Shown here one piece after another: positions 60,492 through 64,000 of a DNA stretch of 64,000 nucleotides. Location: the NCBI GenBank assembly GCA_013297755.1, contig JAAFIH010000024.1, positions 5,977 through 69,976 on the forward strand, written 5' to 3'. Below the pieces are notes generated by a model that worked only from the letters and a program-made list of their open reading frames with translations, did no database searches and was not told the origin of the DNA. This stretch comes from Cytophagales bacterium. GTDB lineage: Bacteria > Bacteroidota > Bacteroidia > Cytophagales > UBA9547. Position 1 is the first letter of the stretch, and each line of letters starts with the position of its first letter. A program made the translations under genes and the position numbers.

Positions 60492-61910
60492 TTAAAATGT
60501 AGAATAAATTATTTTTAGTTTTATATTGTAAGGAGTATTGGGTTTGTTGTAAAAAACAAAACTATTGATTTCGGCAAGTGGTGGTTTAAAAGTATTATTT
60601 TCGTTGATAATAGACTGAGTTTCGGCTGCAATCAAGATAGATTCTTTAAAATCTCTTTTTCCATCAATCATTCCTTGTAAATAAGTTGTAAGATTAATTT
60701 TATATTCTCCATTATTAAAATTGACTTTACTCAAAGCGTCATTTTGGACTTGTTGGTCTTGTGCTTGATCATTCAAGGTAAATGGGTTTTGAATTGTTCT
60801 CAATTCTACTCCATTATTATCTTTTATTGTAACTGGATTTGATTTTTTTACATTTCCAAACTGATCTAGTAAATAAGGAAAAATTTGAGAAGGTGGACCG
60901 TAAGTTTCGCCATTTGAAGACGAAAGATCTGGCCTTATTACTAATTCAGCTTTGTTTATAACAACTTTGGTAGCTTTTAAGTCTTTTTCAAAATTTTCTA
61001 AAAAAGGAAATTGCACCCTTGTACCTACACCTGTAGAGGCTTGCACAAAACAAGTCTGAGTTTCGATGGGTGTAGTTGATGATAAATTTGCTAAAGCAGT
61101 ATTTTGTCTGTCTACTTGCAAATTTCTTACCTTTTGTCCAATTGGAATATCTACATTGTAAGGAGTTTTGATGTTGTTGTTACCATAAAAATCGTGATAA
61201 TATAATCTTAAATAGCCACCTAAAATTCCCCAAACAGCAGTATTGTTTTCTGATTTTATATAAATTCCTTTTACAGATTTTGTCAAATCATTGTCTGATT
61301 TAAGGTAAGTTCGATAATTGTCAATAATTTCTTTACCAAAATCTGATTTCAACGCAACCCTTATATTTTTAGTTTTACCAATAATGGCCAATTCTTTTTG
61401 AGAAATGCTAAATTCTGCCAGTATATTATTGTCAAAAGTGTACGTTTGGTTGTTATACAATGCTTTAATGTTACCATAAGGCAAGTAAATATCCTCTGTT
61501 AATCTATGAATTTTAAAATTTTGAATCTCATCTGGGTTTCCATAACTGTATTGAGCTAGTCCATCCTCTTGCACATTAAAATAAATGGCCACACTATCAT
61601 ATTTGATATTGGGACCTGGAATAATTGATTGTAATGAAAATTGAAAGTAAGATTCTGATTTTAATTTACCAAAAATTGGATTATTATACTCCCCTATCAG
61701 TGCTCGAATGGAGTTGTTAGACAGCACAAAATCATATAAAACAGTAGAGGTTTTGATGTTTGTGCTGTCAATTTTGACAAAAGTACCAACGCTTGATTGA
61801 GAAGGTTGTATCGATTTATTTACATCGTCATATCCACGATTGCACCCAAACAAACTTAAACCAAATAAAAAATAAATACTAAAACTAAAATTATGCTTCA
61901 ACCAACTCAC
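60492..61910 (-). CDS. DUF4270 family lipoprotein
   Basis: Lipobox LSLFGC, LIGEYNNPIFGKLKSESYFQ, VINKAEL, terminal KLKIIYS; overlaps the upstream gene by 20 nt. Confidence 0.8.
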   Translation of the reverse strand: MSWLKHNFSFSIYFLFGLSLFGCNRGYDDVNKSIQPSQSSVGTFVKIDSTNIKTSTVLYDFVLSNNSIRALIGEYNNPIFGKLKSESYFQFSLQSIIPGPNIKYDSVAIYFNVQEDGLAQYSYGNPDEIQNFKIHRLTEDIYLPYGNIKALYNNQTYTFDNNILAEFSISQKELAIIGKTKNIRVALKSDFGKEIIDNYRTYLKSDNDLTKSVKGIYIKSENNTAVWGILGGYLRLYYHDFYGNNNIKTPYNVDIPIGQKVRNLQVDRQNTALANLSSTTPIETQTCFVQASTGVGTRVQFPFLENFEKDLKATKVVINKAELVIRPDLSSSNGETYGPPSQIFPYLLDQFGNVKKSNPVTIKDNNGVELRTIQNPFTLNDQAQDQQVQNDALSKVNFNNGEYKINLTTYLQGMIDGKRDFKESILIAAETQSIINENNTFKPPLAEINSFVFYNKPNTPYNIKLKIIYSTF

Positions 61911-62718
61911 CGTTTCCTATCAATTCGTTGTATAAGTTAAAGTAATAATCTGCATTATTTTCAGAGGGAGCGATTTCAATATTTCTATCTGAAAAATCTG
62001 CAAACATGGTGTGGTGTGATTCTGAATAATTTTCCTCTCCTTTTAATACAATATCTGCATATTGCATACCAATTTTGATAAAACCATCGTAATTATTCAA
62101 TTTAAGATGAACTAAATGGTCATCTGTAATTTCAGACATTTTAGCTTTTTCGGTAATATTTTCAGAAAATTTATGTTCGAATGCATTATCAAAAACAGTA
62201 AACACTGATTTAGAATTACGATATACTGGATCTTTTTTGTAGTGGGTTTTTAAGTAAAGTGGTACTAGACCAGACATCCAATCGCTACAATGCACTATAT
62301 CGGGCGACCAACCTAGTTTACGGACAGTTTCTAGTGCACCTTTGCAAAAAAATATGGCTCGTTCATCGTTGTCGTTATAAAATTTGCCTTCTTTGTCGTG
62401 CAACATAGTTTTGCGAGCAAAATAGTCATCATTATCGGTAAAATAAACTTGCAACTTGGCCGAAGGAATTGAGGCAACTTTGATTACCAAAGGCTTGTCG
62501 TCTTCTCCAATAGAAATATTAATGCCCGAAAGCCTCACTACCTCGTGTAAACGACTTTTTCTTTCATTAATACACCCAAATTTAGGAACTAAAATCCTTA
62601 TTTCCATTCCTTTTTCTTGCATATATTCTGGCAGTTGGCGAATATAATTTGAAATCTTATTTTCTTCTGTAAATGGATTTATTTCGCTTGAAATATACAG
62701 GATTTTAATTTTTGACAT
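61891..62718 (-). CDS. Glycogen/starch synthase N-terminal-domain protein (single-domain Bacteroidota type)
   Basis: EIRILVPKFGCINER...LHEVVRLSG, DNDERAIFFCKG, PDIVHCSDW; only 275 aa. Confidence 0.85.
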   Translation of the reverse strand: MSKIKILYISSEINPFTEENKISNYIRQLPEYMQEKGMEIRILVPKFGCINERKSRLHEVVRLSGINISIGEDDKPLVIKVASIPSAKLQVYFTDNDDYFARKTMLHDKEGKFYNDNDERAIFFCKGALETVRKLGWSPDIVHCSDWMSGLVPLYLKTHYKKDPVYRNSKSVFTVFDNAFEHKFSENITEKAKMSEITDDHLVHLKLNNYDGFIKIGMQYADIVLKGEENYSESHHTMFADFSDRNIEIAPSENNADYYFNLYNELIGNGELVEA

Positions 62719-62789
62719 ATTTTTGAAATATTAAATGTATTTTTTAGCTGAATTAGAAAAAATTAAGTCTATTCTCACTAAAATCAATG

Positions 62790-62797
62790 CAAAATTA
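62790..62797 (-). promoter_or_regulatory. -7 promoter box for the glycogen synthase-like/DUF4270 pair
   Basis: TAATTTTG(CA) on the minus strand. Confidence 0.55.
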
Positions 62798-62860
62798 AGC
62801 AAAAAATATTGATATAACCAATAATAAAAAAACTTTTATTTAAGATGACTAATTATATTG

Positions 62861-62950
62861 CAATGTCGTTTAATTCAGCATTCTTTAAACCTCTATCTTA
62901 ATCTTGCTTCAATGGAGAAAGATTATCTGATTATGAAGTAAACGCCATTG
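62861..62950. mobile_element. MITE-like element, copy B (90 bp), IS4-like ends
   Basis: TIRs caatgtcgttta / taaacgccattg; flanking 10-bp direct repeat aattatattg / gattagattg (8/10); homologous to 37804-37894. Confidence 0.75.
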
Positions 62951-62987
62951 GATTAGATTGATATATATAATAGATTGAATTTTGATA

Positions 62988-63908
62988 TTATAACAAAGTA
63001 AATCCACCACGACCTATGATTCCACCCTCGCAATATATCTCTACAAGATGTTTTCCTGGTTTGTAAGCCATTCCTTTATTGTACATAAATGTGATTGATT
63101 TTAGCGTTTGGTCGTATAAAATCTCAGATTTTTGAGTATAAAATACTTCTTTGCCTTCGATAGAAAACGACCCACCACCCAAAGCGGTATTATAAAGGGC
63201 TACTCCATCAGGCTCTATAAGTCTCAAAAAAAATGTTTTTGATTCGATTTTTGCAACTTTATTGTCCAATACATCAAAAACTATTTTGATTTTGGCCACT
63301 TTTTTGGCTTTATACTCTGTGTCAAAAATTTCTTTATCTTTAGGAGTAATGTAGCTAACTCTGATGTTTGCAGCTTTTAATATGGCGGCTAGTTCTACTT
63401 TTTTTACTAACTCGTCTCGCTTCAGTTTTAGGTCGTTTACAGAATCATTTAAACTTACTTGTTCTCTTTTCAAGGTATTATTTTCTCTAAAGAGCGAATC
63501 TCTCTCTTCTCTTAAAGTAGTAATTTCTGTATCTTGTTTGCTCATTAGTTGATCATATTGATACTTGATTTGTTTGTATTTGGCTTCTATATTTACTTTA
63601 GCATAAGCGAGCGATTTTTTATCTATTTTGAGTTGTCTTATCATCTGCCCCATGGTAGAGGTGTCGCCACCTAATTTTGCAATTTCATCATATCGAGCTT
63701 TTAGTTCTGTACCAATAGAATCCATTTTATAGCCATAGACTTTTATTTCAGCATCTTTATTTTCGATTACTACCGTTTTTTCTTGTATTTCTTGTTTCTG
63801 ACGAGTTTGCAAATAAAATTGAATGGCGTTTATAAGCAACAACACTATTACAATACCTAAAAGTAAAAACTTTTTACTTGAGTTGTCTTTTTCGTTTTCC
63901 TGCGTCAT
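62988..63908 (-). CDS. Membrane-anchored coiled-coil hypothetical protein
   Basis: N-terminal TM, long heptad region, C-terminal beta domain (RLIEPDG...YKPGKHLVEIY). Confidence 0.75.
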   Translation of the reverse strand: MTQENEKDNSSKKFLLLGIVIVLLLINAIQFYLQTRQKQEIQEKTVVIENKDAEIKVYGYKMDSIGTELKARYDEIAKLGGDTSTMGQMIRQLKIDKKSLAYAKVNIEAKYKQIKYQYDQLMSKQDTEITTLREERDSLFRENNTLKREQVSLNDSVNDLKLKRDELVKKVELAAILKAANIRVSYITPKDKEIFDTEYKAKKVAKIKIVFDVLDNKVAKIESKTFFLRLIEPDGVALYNTALGGGSFSIEGKEVFYTQKSEILYDQTLKSITFMYNKGMAYKPGKHLVEIYCEGGIIGRGGFTLL

Positions 63909-64000
63909 GGTGTTGAATTTATAATTTTTTTGACAAAAATATACACATTTTTAATATTTCAATACAAAATCTTGTTTTGATTGCTTTTTTGAGAAAAAAA

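Noticed and set aside
1-64000. tRNA, rRNA, prophage, integron or defence-system genes
   Set aside because: No cloverleaf or rRNA-like GC-rich segments and no integrase, transposase, phage or defence motifs were recognised; a covariance-model scan would be needed to exclude small RNAs

Overview
AT-rich chromosomal window, most likely from a Bacteroidota (Cytophagales-like) bacterium. This is inferred from T9SS C-terminal sorting domains, TAnnTTTG-type -7 promoter boxes and the DUF4270/GSCFA/DUF4907 families. All calls come from motif recognition by eye; no database searches were run. Housekeeping genes (guaA, argS, accC, dapA, rpe, sucC, gatA, tatA, Fur, Mrp/ApbC, kmo) are interleaved with accessory loci. 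These are a DUF4907 + Kelch/T9SS + T9SS cassette, a four-gene photolyase operon (including a 45-aa DUF2256 gene missing from the ORF track), a 3851-aa T9SS protein followed by a Cys-rich PID-CTERM-like microprotein and a TlpA oxidoreductase, and a Tat-exported GH116. In the non-coding DNA there are two diverged copies of a ~90-bp MITE-like element with IS4-like ends and degenerate 10-bp target duplications, two heptamer tandem arrays, a triple palindromic repeat upstream of guaA, a nonsense-interrupted arginase/formimidoylglutamase C-terminal remnant, and two unannotated small membrane-peptide ORFs. I saw no rRNA, tRNA, CRISPR array, transposase, integrase or reverse transcriptase.
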